From Centroscyllium fabricii (lineage: Eukaryota), in assembly GCA_051313645.2 (NCBI GenBank), contig JBNRSN020000010.1, forward strand, positions 66,650,001 to 66,714,000: DNA of 64,000 nt, in the 5' to 3' direction. Positions 24,373 to 35,100 of the stretch are shown one piece after another. The notes under the pieces were generated by a model. That model made no database searches. It had not been told where the DNA came from and was given only the letters and a program-made list of their open reading frames with translations. A program made the position numbers and the translations under genes. How positions within the stretch are numbered: the stretch's first letter is position 1; each line of letters opens with the position of its first letter.

Positions 24373-25035
24373 CAGGTTGAACACCGTTAATCCGTTAACC
24401 GTTAAGCCAGTAGCTTCAGTCGTCCGGCATAAATTGCCCCGACTGCCCTGCGCATGCGCAAAATGGCCACAGCGATTGATGCTTGGTGGCGCTTGCCTGC
24501 CTATGGTCAGGTGGTTGTGTGAGATGGGCTGTGATTGGTGAGATTTGCCTGTCAGGTGGTGTGTGAGGAGCAGCCCGGGTCTGTGATTGGTGGTCTGGGG
24601 GTCAGGTGGTGTGTGAAGCGCAGCCTGGGGCTGTGATTGGAGGTCTGGGGGTCAGGTGGTGTGTGAAGCGCAGCCCGGGGCTGTGATTGGTGGTCTGGGG
24701 GTCAGGTGGTTTGTGAGGCTCAGCCCGGGTCTGTGATTGGTGGTCTGGGGTCAGGTGGTGTATGAGGAGCAACCCGGGACTGTGATTGGTGGAATCCACC
24801 TGTCTAGGATCAGGTGGTGTGTGAGCTGGGCTGTGATTGGTGGAGCTTGCCTGTCTAGGGTCAGGTGGTGTGAGAGTCCGGGGGCTGTGATTGGCTGCAG
24901 CCGCTGAGTTTAAACTTCCGGCGGCCATTTTGAATGATCTGCGCATGCGCTTGCCGTGGCTTCAATCAGTCGGCATTTTCAACAATCCGGTAGGGTGCTG
25001 GTCCCGACCCTGCCGGATTAATGGTGTTCAACCTG
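24373..25035. mobile_element. Tc1/mariner MITE, copy 2, with an internal ~50-bp minisatellite
   Basis: TA|CAGGTTGAACACCG...TGGTGTTCAACCTG|TA; tandem GTCAGGTGGTGTGTG...CTGTGATTGG units at ~24505-24895. Confidence 0.85.
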
Positions 25036-26759
25036 TATTTGGACTTTCAGAAGGCTTTCGATAAGGTCCCGCATAAGAGATTAGCGTGCAAAGTTAAGGC
25101 ACATGGAATTGTGGGCAAGGTACTGACTTGGATAGAGAACTGGTTGGCAGACAGGAAGCAAAGAATTGGAATAAACGGGTCTTTTTCCGAGTGGCAGGCA
25201 GTGACTAGTGGGGTACCACAGGGATTAGTCCTAGGACCCCAGCTATTCACAATATATATTAATGATCTAGGTGGGGGAACTAGATGTAATATCTCCAAGT
25301 TTGCAGACGACAGAAAGCTGGGTGGGCGTGTGTGCTGTGAGGAGGATGCCGAGAAACTGATTTGGCCAGGTTGGGTGATTGGGCAGAAGCATGGCAGATG
25401 CAGTATAATGTGGATAAATGTGAGGTTATCCACTTTGGTGTCAAAACCAGGAAGGCAGATTATTATCTGAACGGCAATAGATTGGGAGAAGGGGAAGTGC
25501 AAAGAGACCTGGGTGTCCTTGTGCACCAGTTGCTGAAGGTAAGCATGCAGGTGCAGCAGGCGGTTAAGAAGGCAAATGGTATGTTGGCCTTCGTAGCGAG
25601 AGGGTTTGAGTACAGGAACAAGGATGTCTTGCTGCAGTTGTACAGGGCCTTGGTGAGATGACATCTTGAGTATTGCGTACAGTTTTAGTCGCCTTATCTG
25701 AGGAAGGATGTTCTTACCATGGAAGGAGTGCAGCGAAGATTCACCAGACTGATACCTGGGATGGCAGGAATTACGTATGCGGAGAGACTGGGTCGATTGG
25801 GTTTATACTCGCTGGAGTTTAGAAGAATGAGAGGGGATCTCATTGAAACTTTTTAAATTCTAAAAGGACTAGACAGACTAGATGCAGGAAGGATGTTCCC
25901 GATGGCCGGGGAGTCCAGAACCAGGGGTCACAGTCTAAGGATAAGGGGTAAGCCATTTAGGACAGAGATGAGGAGAAATTTCTTCACCCAGAGAATGGTG
26001 AACCTGTGGAATTCTCTACCACAGAAAGCAGTAGAGGCCAATTCATTAAAACTATTGAAGAAGGAGTTAGATATATTTCTTAAGGCTAAATGGATCAAGG
26101 GATACAGGGAGAAAGCAGGGACAGGGTACTGAATTTGGGTGATCAACCATGATCTCATTGACTAGCAGAGCTGGCTCGAGGGGCCAAATGGCCGACTCCT
26201 GTTCTTATCTTCTGTGTTTCTATGACCTGCCCGATCCCTTGCTGATCCTCCAACCCACCCCCCCGCCGATCCTCTCTCTTTCCCCCCCTCTCCAATACCT
26301 TGCGATTCTTCCCCCCCAAACCGAACCCTCTCTCCCTTCCCGTATCTGCAGGTTTACCTGCCCGCAGTCAGCCAGCCTCTCAATCTGGCTGTCTGCGGGC
26401 AGGAATCCGAGGCGTCACATTCAAATCAGGCCCTGCCGATAAAGTCGGCAGGGCCTCTGGAAACCCAGCCTCCCTGGTTTCCCCGCCCGCATCGGAGGCC
26501 CCCACCCCCAATCCGCCTACCCGGAGAAAATTCCGGTCTCTTTATCTGTTCTATTTTGCATTTCATTTTTTTTTCACCCTGTGTATAGCTCTTTCACACC
26601 TTTCTGTTTGTGGTGGCTAATTCTGTCTTTTTTATCTTGACACTCTTTGAGCCCTAGTGTCTCTTTTCAGTCTCCTTTCTCATCTTCTGTATGTCTTCCA
26701 ATAGCTTTGCATGATTTATTTACACTTATTTACTGATGGTCTAGATTTCTTTGTTTTGT

Positions 26760-27200
26760 CTTATTTGACCCTGAACTGAGCTTCGAACTCCATACCCTCT
26801 CCATCATCAAGACTACCTATTTCCATCTCTGTAGCATTGACTGTCTCTGCCCATCCGCTGCTGAAACTCTCATTTGTGCTTCATTATCGCCAGAATTGAC
26901 TTTTAATGCTGTTGTGGCCAGCCTGCCATCCTCCATTTTCTGTAAACTTCAGGTCATCTAATACTCTGCTGCCCGTGTTCCATTGTGCATCAAGTCCTGC
27001 TCACCCATTACTCCTGTCCTCGCTGATCTACATTTGCTCTCGGTCCCTCAATGCCTCAAGTTTGAAATTCTCATCTTTGTGTTTAATTGGCATCAAGGCC
27101 TTACCCCTCCTCATTGTTATAACCTCCTCCAGCCCTGCAACCCCCCTTCAGAACTCTTTGTTTCTCTGAAGTTGGCCTTTTGTACATCCCCCTCCTCCCT
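26760..27200 (+). mobile_element. Degraded L2 LINE 3' fragment
   Basis: Decayed L2 C-terminal motifs (SPITPVLADLH, KFEILIFVF). Confidence 0.65.
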
Positions 27201-27297
27201 TGCTCTAAAACGGTGGGTATATGAGCCTACAATTGTTTTTCTTTTGATACTCTACTGGTTCAGAACCCTCTTCTCCTCTATCTGTGGTCTTCTGTAA

Positions 27298-27974
27298 AGC
27301 CCCGCTTTCACTGGAGGCTACGAATTGCCGAATCGTCCCGAATCTGAAATTTGTCCGATTCGTGGGTAATTCTTGCAATTCGTAAACGATTCGTGGTTGA
27401 TTCGTAGATGATTCGTAGCGGATTCGTAGAGTTCGCGTGATTTCTTTGATTTTTCAAGAAAGTTTTTGTTTGTCAAAAAATTTCGTGGGAGGGTTAACGA
27501 ATGTCCAATTCGTGATAGATTCCTAAACAATTCGTGACCCTTTCTTATCGTTCTTAACCCTTTCTTATCCTTCTTAACCGTTTCTTAATCGCTTCTTCTG
27601 CATTCTTGTCTATTCTTGGGCATTCTTGACTCCCTCAAATTCGTGGACCCACGCCGAATACATCACGAAACAGGCACGAATGTCCACGAATCAGGTACGA
27701 ATCAAGTACGAATCGGTCATAGTGGATTCGTACAGTAATTCGGCACATTCGTAAGTGAGTTCGTTAAATTCTTACCTGATTCTTTGAATTCGTACTTGTT
27801 TCTTAAACCTTTCTTAACGATTCGTGGTTGATTCGTAATCAATTCGTAGTGGATTCGTAGCTCCTCCCGAATCCACCACGAATTTTCACATTTTTTTGCC
27901 GAATCGCCACGAATTTCGATACGTGACGATTCTTGATATTCTTGATATTCTTAGCCTCCAGTGAAAGCGGGGCT
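27298..27974. mobile_element. PIF/Harbinger MITE with TTCGT/ACGAA-rich interior
   Basis: 23-bp perfect TIR AGCCCCGCTTTCACTGGAGGCTA; TSD TAA on both sides. Confidence 0.9.
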
Positions 27975-28152
27975 TAAGACAGCGCAGTTCTGTTTTGTCT
28001 CACCCCAACATTTGAATGCCAACCGTGGTAAGCTGTAACATGTTCTAACATTGGTCTCAAGTATGGGATGCAGTTCATATGATTGCTCTGGAAACCAGCC
28101 CAAATGTTGCAGCTTCTCAGACATTCTCACTGAAAGTTAATGGAAACATCAA

Positions 28153-28880
28153 GGAGGAAAAATTGGGTTGCGTGCGCCAGCCGTTAGCACCCCAAGGGCT
28201 GCTAATGGGGCGCAGGGCATCTAGCGCCTGGGCTGGCGTCTCCCGTGATATCCAGCGGGGCGCTGGCGGCGGTGGTAGCCGTTAGAGCCCTGTGGCACTG
28301 CGCCGCCGGCGATGACGTCATTGTCGTGCGCAGCGCCTCGCTTGCGCTCCGGCCGCGAACTTCAGTCACACCCCCTGACGTAGCGCCGGACGCTGTCACC
28401 GACAGGGCCAAGGGGACACAGTTGCAGCCGGGCCAGCGCTATTTAAAGGGAGGAGGATGCCGGGCGGCCATTTTTCTTGCTGGCCGCCTACCAGCACCTG
28501 CCCCCTCTGCCGTCCCCGGCCTTCCCCGATGCCCCCCCCGCGGAGTGCTGGCTGTGCTCCGTGAGCCCGGCACTTCCCTCGCGTGCAGGGCTCCTTTGGC
28601 GGCACTCTGATTTCTGTCAGTCCAGCGGGGCTCCGGGCTGCGCCACGCTAGGCCACTCCCCTTTAAGAAGAGGAAGGAGGCCTGCAGTACCGCGGTGCGG
28701 CGTGCTGCAGAGCGTGGCGCAGCGACACATAGTGGCCCGAACTTCAGTTGTTGCGCCCAAGGAATGAGGTGGGGCGCCTGCAGTCGCGCCCCACCTCCTA
28801 CTTGCGGCACTAAAACCCAATTTATGGCAGAACGGCGCTAACCTTTTTGGGGCGCTACTTTCCGAGGCAATTTTTCTCCC
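28153..28880. mobile_element. GC-rich Harbinger MITE (family matching the ends of Harbinger 1)
   Basis: TIR GGAGGAAAAATTG / CAATTTTTCTCCC with TSD CAA. A close inverted homologue lies at 54279-55025. Confidence 0.85.
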
Positions 28881-29398
28881 CAAGAGAATTATGGTAGATT
28901 TTACAGAAAAGTTTTACTGCAACTCACAGGAAACTATGTGTATTGTGAGGGCCAGTTTTCCAGGCCCAAGTATGCTCATCAAGAAAAGCTACAAACACTT
29001 GTCGAGGAAACAGAAACGGTGCTATCTTCCAAGCAAATTTCATGCTAATGTAACAAATAGGTATGCTCTGCCCAGACGTCAGATATCAGTGAAAAGCACC
29101 AAAGGCTTTTATCCAGCCAGAAATAATTTTATTGCACTAAGATGGTGAGCCACTCATTTTCTTTTGATTTGCTTTCATCGGTAAAGGATGTCAATATTGG
29201 TGAATCGAATAATTTCCTATTTCAGTGCTGGCACTGAAGGCTAACATGTCAAGTGATGACTATCCGCTGCAGTACTCGTGTCCATTTTTCCCCATTTCCC
29301 ACCTGGCATCTTTTGAGACCTTTGAGTGAGATTGCCAATGGGTGTCATTTTGTGCTGTAGGCCTGCATCCACTCTTGGGTACGAGATAAGTCTCTTCA

Positions 29399-31137
29399 CG
29401 ATCAAAATCACTAAGGAAGTGGTACTCGGTAAATTAATGGGGCTCAAGGTGGATAAATCACCTGGACCTGATGGCTTACATCCTAGGGTCTTGAGGGAAG
29501 TGGCGGTAGGCATTGTGGATGCATTGGTAATAATTTTCCAAAAGTCCCGGCAGACTGGAAAACTGCGAATGTAACACCCTCATTTAAAAAAGGCAATAGA
29601 CAAAAGGCTGGAAATTATAGCCTAACGTCTGTCGTGGGTAAAATTTTAGAGTCCGTTATTAATGAGACAGTAACAGGACATTTTGATAAACTTAATTTAA
29701 TAGGACAAAGTCAGCATGGTTTTACGAAGGGGCAGTCTTGTTTGACAAATTTGTTGGAGTTCTTTGAGGAAGTAACATATAGGGTGGATAAAGGGGAACC
29801 AGTGGACGTAGTATATCCAGACTTTCAAAAGGCATTTGACAAGGTGCCGCACAAAAGATTACATAAAAAATCACGGAATTGGGGGTAATATTCTGGCATG
29901 GATAGAGGATTGGCTATCTAACAGAAGGCAGAGAGTTGGGATAAATGGGTCATTCTCAGACTGGCAATCGGTAACTAGTGGTGTTTCGCAGGGGTCAGTG
30001 CTGGGTTCCCAACTCTTTACAATTTATATTAACGATTTGGAGGAGGGGACCGAGTGTAACATATCAAAGTTTGCAGATGATACTAAGATGGGAGGAAAGT
30101 GGTGAATGAGGAGGACATAAAGAACCTGCAGGGGGACATAGACAGGCTAAGTCAGTGGGCAGAGATTTGGCAGATGGAGTACAATACGGGAAAGTGTGAG
30201 GTTATGCATTTTGGCAGGAAAAATCATAGAGTGGATTATTATCTTAATGGCAAGAAACTGGAAAGTACTGCAGTACAAAGGGATCTGGGGGTCCTGGTGC
30301 ACGAAACTCGAAAGGTTAGTATGCAGGTGCAGCAAGTAATTAAGGCGGCCAATGGAATGTTGGCTTTCATTGCTAGGGGGATAGAATATAAAAATAGGGA
30401 GGTATTGCTTCAGTTGTACAAGGTATTGGTGAGACCGCACCTGGAATACTGCATACAGTTTTGGTGTCCATACTTAAGAAAGGACATACTCGCTCTCGAG
30501 TCAGTACAAAGACGGTTCACTCGGTTAATCCCAGGGATGAGGGGTTGGACATATGAGGAGAGGTTGAGTAGATTGGGACTCTACTCATTGGAGTTCAGAA
30601 GAATGAGGGGAGATCTTATTGAAACATATAAGATTGTGAAGGGGTTGGATCGGGTGGATGCGGGCAAGATGTTCCCAATGATGGGTGAAACTAGAACTAG
30701 GGGGCATAAACTTAGAATAAGGGGCTGCTCTTTCAAAACTGAGATGAGGAGAAACTACTTCACTCAGAGCGTAGTAGGTCCATGGAACATGCTGCCCCAA
30801 AAAGCTGTAGAAGCTACTTCATTACATAAATTTAAAACAGAAATAGACAGTTTCCTAGTAGTAAAAGGGATTAAAGGTTAAGGGGAGCGGGCAGGAACTT
30901 GGACATGAGTCTAGGTTCAGATCGGTCATGGCCCTGTGGGTAGTGGAGCGGGCCCAGGGACCGTGTAGCCTGATCCTGCTCCTATTTCCTGTGTCGAATT
31001 CTGTTCGATGCAGGAGATGCTTCTGTGATAGTAGGTTGGTTGTTAGGATCAGATCAGCCATGATCTTATTGAATGGCGGGGCGGGCTCGAAGGGCCGATT
31101 GGCCTACTCCTGCTCCTATTTCTTATGTTCTTATGTT
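29399..31137 (+). mobile_element. 5'-truncated CR1 LINE, frameshifted
   Basis: RT peptides in ORFs 29326, 29634, 29836 and 30099; (TTCTTATG)n tail at ~31120-31137. Confidence 0.93.
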
Positions 31138-32108
31138 CACTCTGCTGGATGCCAAGGAGCTAATGCCAAATTAATTTCATATGGGTTTCATGCAGTCAGC
31201 AAAGGGATTGAAAATAGCAGTTTGTGTTGAAATTCCTGAGATAAAAGTGTACAATGCTAAGCCAATGCACTGTCCAATCTCCAGCGTCTCATACAATAAC
31301 GTTTTTTCCTGATCCTAATACTGTAACTTGCCTCTAAATAGTTTTGTAGGTCAGCAGTTTGAGTTCACAGACTGTCTGTTTGATTTGAGTTATTAAAGAC
31401 GACAGTTGTTAAGGATCTGCCAGAAACTCTGTACAATAGAATTACTTAGCGAATTTCAGAAGCTGTTTTGTGAAAAATATAATGGGAAAAATTCGGTGTT
31501 GCCCCAGCACCCCAGAAAGGTTAGCGCCCCGTAAATTCAGTGGTAGCGCCCTAAGCAGGAGGCGGGGTGCTGCTGGAAGCGCTCCCCCGCCTGTCTGGGG
31601 CGCTACCACTGAATATCGCGGCGCTGCGTGCAACAGCGCCACACGTGTCAGCACGTAATGCCATGGTATTGCAGGCCTCCCTCCCTGATTAAAGGGGAGG
31701 GGCCTAGCGTTGCATGCACAGAGACCCTGCTGGACCACCGGGGAGTGGGGTGCCGGGAAAGCAGCCCAGCACTCAGAGTGCCGGGCTGAGCGATTTTGCC
31801 GGCTCCCCGATTAGAAGAGGGGAACGGGGCAGGTGCTGGCAGGCAGCGCGGCTGCACAAACGCCACCCTGAACCTGTCGAACATATCATTGAGCGATAGG
31901 TCAGGGGCACAGCCGAAGTTTGCGGCCAGGGCATGAGCAGGGCGCTGCGCACGGTGATGACTTCATTGCTGCAGGCGGAGCACCGCGGGGCGCTACCGGC
32001 TACCACCGCTGCTAACCTCCCGCTGAATTTTACAGGAGGCGTTAGTGGCACTGCGCCCGGGTGCTAGGGGCTTTGTGCCCCTGGGGAGCGCTAACGGGAG
32101 GCACAAAG

Positions 32109-35100
32109 TGACGTATCGTCAATCAAGACACGAAAGACGAGTAGTTACCCAAACTACAGGCTTTTATTCACTTATAATGGAGCTAGTCTCCTGTCGAGTT
32201 CAAGGCGAGAATGAGCGGTGGCAGGGCGGCCCTCACCTATAAGCTCCCACCTGAGGGGAGGGGTTAGAGGTGTGGCCGACCTGGCCTTACACATAATGTA
32301 CAGAGTTGGAGGTGAATACATCCATATATATACACACAATGTACAGAGCTGCCGATGAACACATTCCTATATAGATACTGGTAATTACGGTTGCCACATT
32401 CACCCCTTCTTTAAAAACAAGTCCGGCGGGGTGAACGATAGAAGAGAGAGCAATAACAAAAAAAATGTCAAAGTGTCCGTTAGACGCAATCAGCACTGCG
32501 CTATCAGTCTCTCCGGCGGTCGCGTCTGCCTCGAGGACCGCCGGGGTGCCGGTAACGGTGGTGGTGCCGGTTGCAGGGCCGGGATTGGGCTCTCTGCCAA
32601 CGGTGCCGGCGGTGCGGTGTCCGATCCTGGGTCGTTGATCGGTGTAGTTGAGTGCCCCGGTGTGTGTATGTACGGGGGCCAGTATTCGGTGGGTGGTGGC
32701 TGGTCGGGCTGAGGCTCGACCGGGGGATCTGCCCTAGTGCTCCCGGCGGGCGCCAGGTCCCTGATCGAGACCGTGTCCTCGCGCCCGTCCGGGAATGTCA
32801 CATAGGCATACTGCGGGTTAGCGTGGAGCAGATGCACCCGTTCCACCAGGGGGTCGGTCTTGTGGCCGCGGACATGTTTTCTAAGCAACACCGGCCCCTG
32901 CGCTGTGAGCCACAGCGGGAGTGCTGTCCCCGAAGTCGACCTCCTGGGGAAGGAAAATAACAGGTCGTGAGGTGTTGAATTGGCAGCGGTACACAACCGA
33001 AAGCAAATGGCATGGAGCGCGTCTGGGATGACCTCCTGCCAACGGGAAACTGGAATGCCTCTGGACTTCAGGCCCAGGTTGACCGCCTTCCTGATAGTCC
33101 CGTTCTCTCTTTCTACCTGGCCGTTCCCCCGGAGGTTGTAACTGGTCGTTCTGCTTGAGGCAACCACTTTCTGAAGCAGAAACTGACGCAGTTCGTCGCT
33201 CATGAACGACGACCCCCGGTCGCTATGGATGTAGCTGGGGAGATCGAAAATGGCGAACAGCGTGGTGAAGTGCTTTATCACCGTTGCGCTCGTCATGTCT
33301 GGGCAGGGGAAGGCGAAGGGGAAGCGTGAGAACTCGTCTATGACCGTGAGAAAATACGAGTTGCGGTCAGTGGAGGGGAGGGGGCCTTTGAAGTCCACGC
33401 TCAGACGTTCAAAGGGACGGGTGGCCTTGATGATGTGCGCCGTGTCTGGCCTGTAAAATTGGGGTTTGCACTCGGCACAGACAGGTCACTCTTTGGTCAT
33501 AGCCTTTATCTCCGTGATGGAGTAGGGGAGGCTACGGGATTTGACGAAGTGGGCAAGTCTGGTGACACCCGGGTGGCAGAGGCGATCGTGGAGTTCTTTC
33601 AGCCGGTCCAGCTGGGCGGTGGCGCACGTTCCCCTGGACAGTGCGTCCGGGGGTTCATTGAGTTTGCCTGGACGGTAAAGAATGTCGTACTCGTAAGTCG
33701 AGAGCTCGATCCGTCACCGCAAGATCTTATCATTCTTGATTTTACCCCGTTGTTTATTATTAAACATAAACGCTACTGACCGTTGGTCGGTGAGCAGGGT
33801 AAAACGCTTACCGGCCAGGTTATGATGCCAGTAGCGCACTGCCTCCACGATGGCCTGGGCCTCGTTTTCCACTGCTGAGTGGCGAGTTTCGGGTCCCTGT
33901 AGGGTCCGGGAGAAAAACGCTACGGGCCTGCCTGCCTGGTTCAGGGAGGTGGCAAGGGCGAAGTCCGAAGCGTCACTCTCCACCTGGAATAGGATGGACT
34001 CATCAACGGCGTGCATGGTCGCCTTGATGATGTCTTCCTTAATCCGGGCGAATGCCGTTTGGGCTTCTTCCGAGAGGGGGAAGACGTGGGCCTTGAGGAG
34101 AGGTCTGGCCTTATCCGCGTACTGGGGGACCCATTGCGCGTAATAAGAAAAGAACCCTAGACATCTCCTCAGGGCTTTGGGGTTGTGAGGTAAGGGCAGC
34201 TCTTGTAAGGGGCGCATATGCTGTGGGTCGGGGCCGAGGACCCCGTTTTCCACCACGTATCCGAGGATAGCAAGCCGATCTGTACTAATGACACACTTGT
34301 CTTTATTGTACGTGAGATCCAGCCGTTTCGCCGTGTGCAGGAATTTGGCGAGGTTGGCATCGTGGTCCTGCTGGTCGTGGCTGCAGATGTTCACGTTGTC
34401 CAGGTAGGGGAAGGTGGCCTGCAACCCGTTCTGGTCAACCATACGGTCCATCTCCCTCTGGAACACCGACACTCCGTTGGTCACGCTGAAGGGGACCTGG
34501 AGGAAGTGGTAGAGCCGGCCGTTCGCCTCGAAGGCGGTGTACTGGCGGTCGGATTTCCGAATGGGGAGTTGGTGATACGCCGACTTGAGGTCGATTGTTG
34601 AAAAGACCTTGTACTGGGCGATCTGGTTTACCATATCCAAGATGCGGGGAAGGGGGTAGGCATCGAGCCCGGTGTAGCGGTTAATCGTCTGGCTATAGTC
34701 GATGACCATGCGCAGTTTCTCGCCCATCTTAACCACTACGACCTGGGCCCGCCAAGGGCTGGAGCTGGCCTCAATGATCCCTTCCTGCAGCATACGCCTG
34801 ACTTCCGACCTGATAAACGCCCGGTCCCCTGCACTGTAACGCCGACTCTTAGTAGCAATGGGCTTGCATCTGGGGTCGAGGTTGGCGAACAGTGAAGGGG
34901 GGGTCGACTTTCAAGGTCGATTGGCCGCAAGTCAAGCTCCACTTTAAGTAGTGATTGTCCCGGCTACTGACGGTGAGGGGGGCCAGGGTCCCACCGAAAT
35001 CCATTGTCACGCTCTTCAGGTGGCACTGGAAATCCAGTCCCTGTAAGACTGGGGCGCACAACTGCTGGAGGATGTACAAATTAAAGTTGCGATAAACGCA

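Larger units (their letters stand above)
15206..26222 (+). mobile_element. Near full-length decayed CR1 LINE with esterase-type ORF1, interrupted by at least four younger insertions
   Basis: ORF1 SGNH-esterase motifs (PGARVKD, VAVHIGTNDIG, ISGLLPVP); endonuclease (ARSIRNK, GVVYRPPN, MGDFN); RT ([19 protein letters not shown]); tail TTCTGTGTTTCTA. Candidate TSD TGACCTG at 15199-15205 and 26223-26229. Confidence 0.9.
14696..26538. mobile_element. Harbinger-like MITE split by a nested stack of insertions (halves 14696-15205 and 26223-26538)
   Basis: Termini GGCCGGAATTTTC / GAAAATTCCGGTC. Pyrimidine-rich 'ccgatc' internal sequence continues on both sides of the CR1. Confidence 0.6.

Noticed and set aside
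24505-24895. Regularly spaced repeats resembling a CRISPR array
   Set aside because: Contiguous tandem units with no unique spacers, inside a MITE in vertebrate DNA, with no cas genes.
25047-25664. Antisense ORFs over CR1 RT (also 8636-8920 and 45081-45605)
   Set aside because: Typical shadow ORFs of LINE coding sequence.
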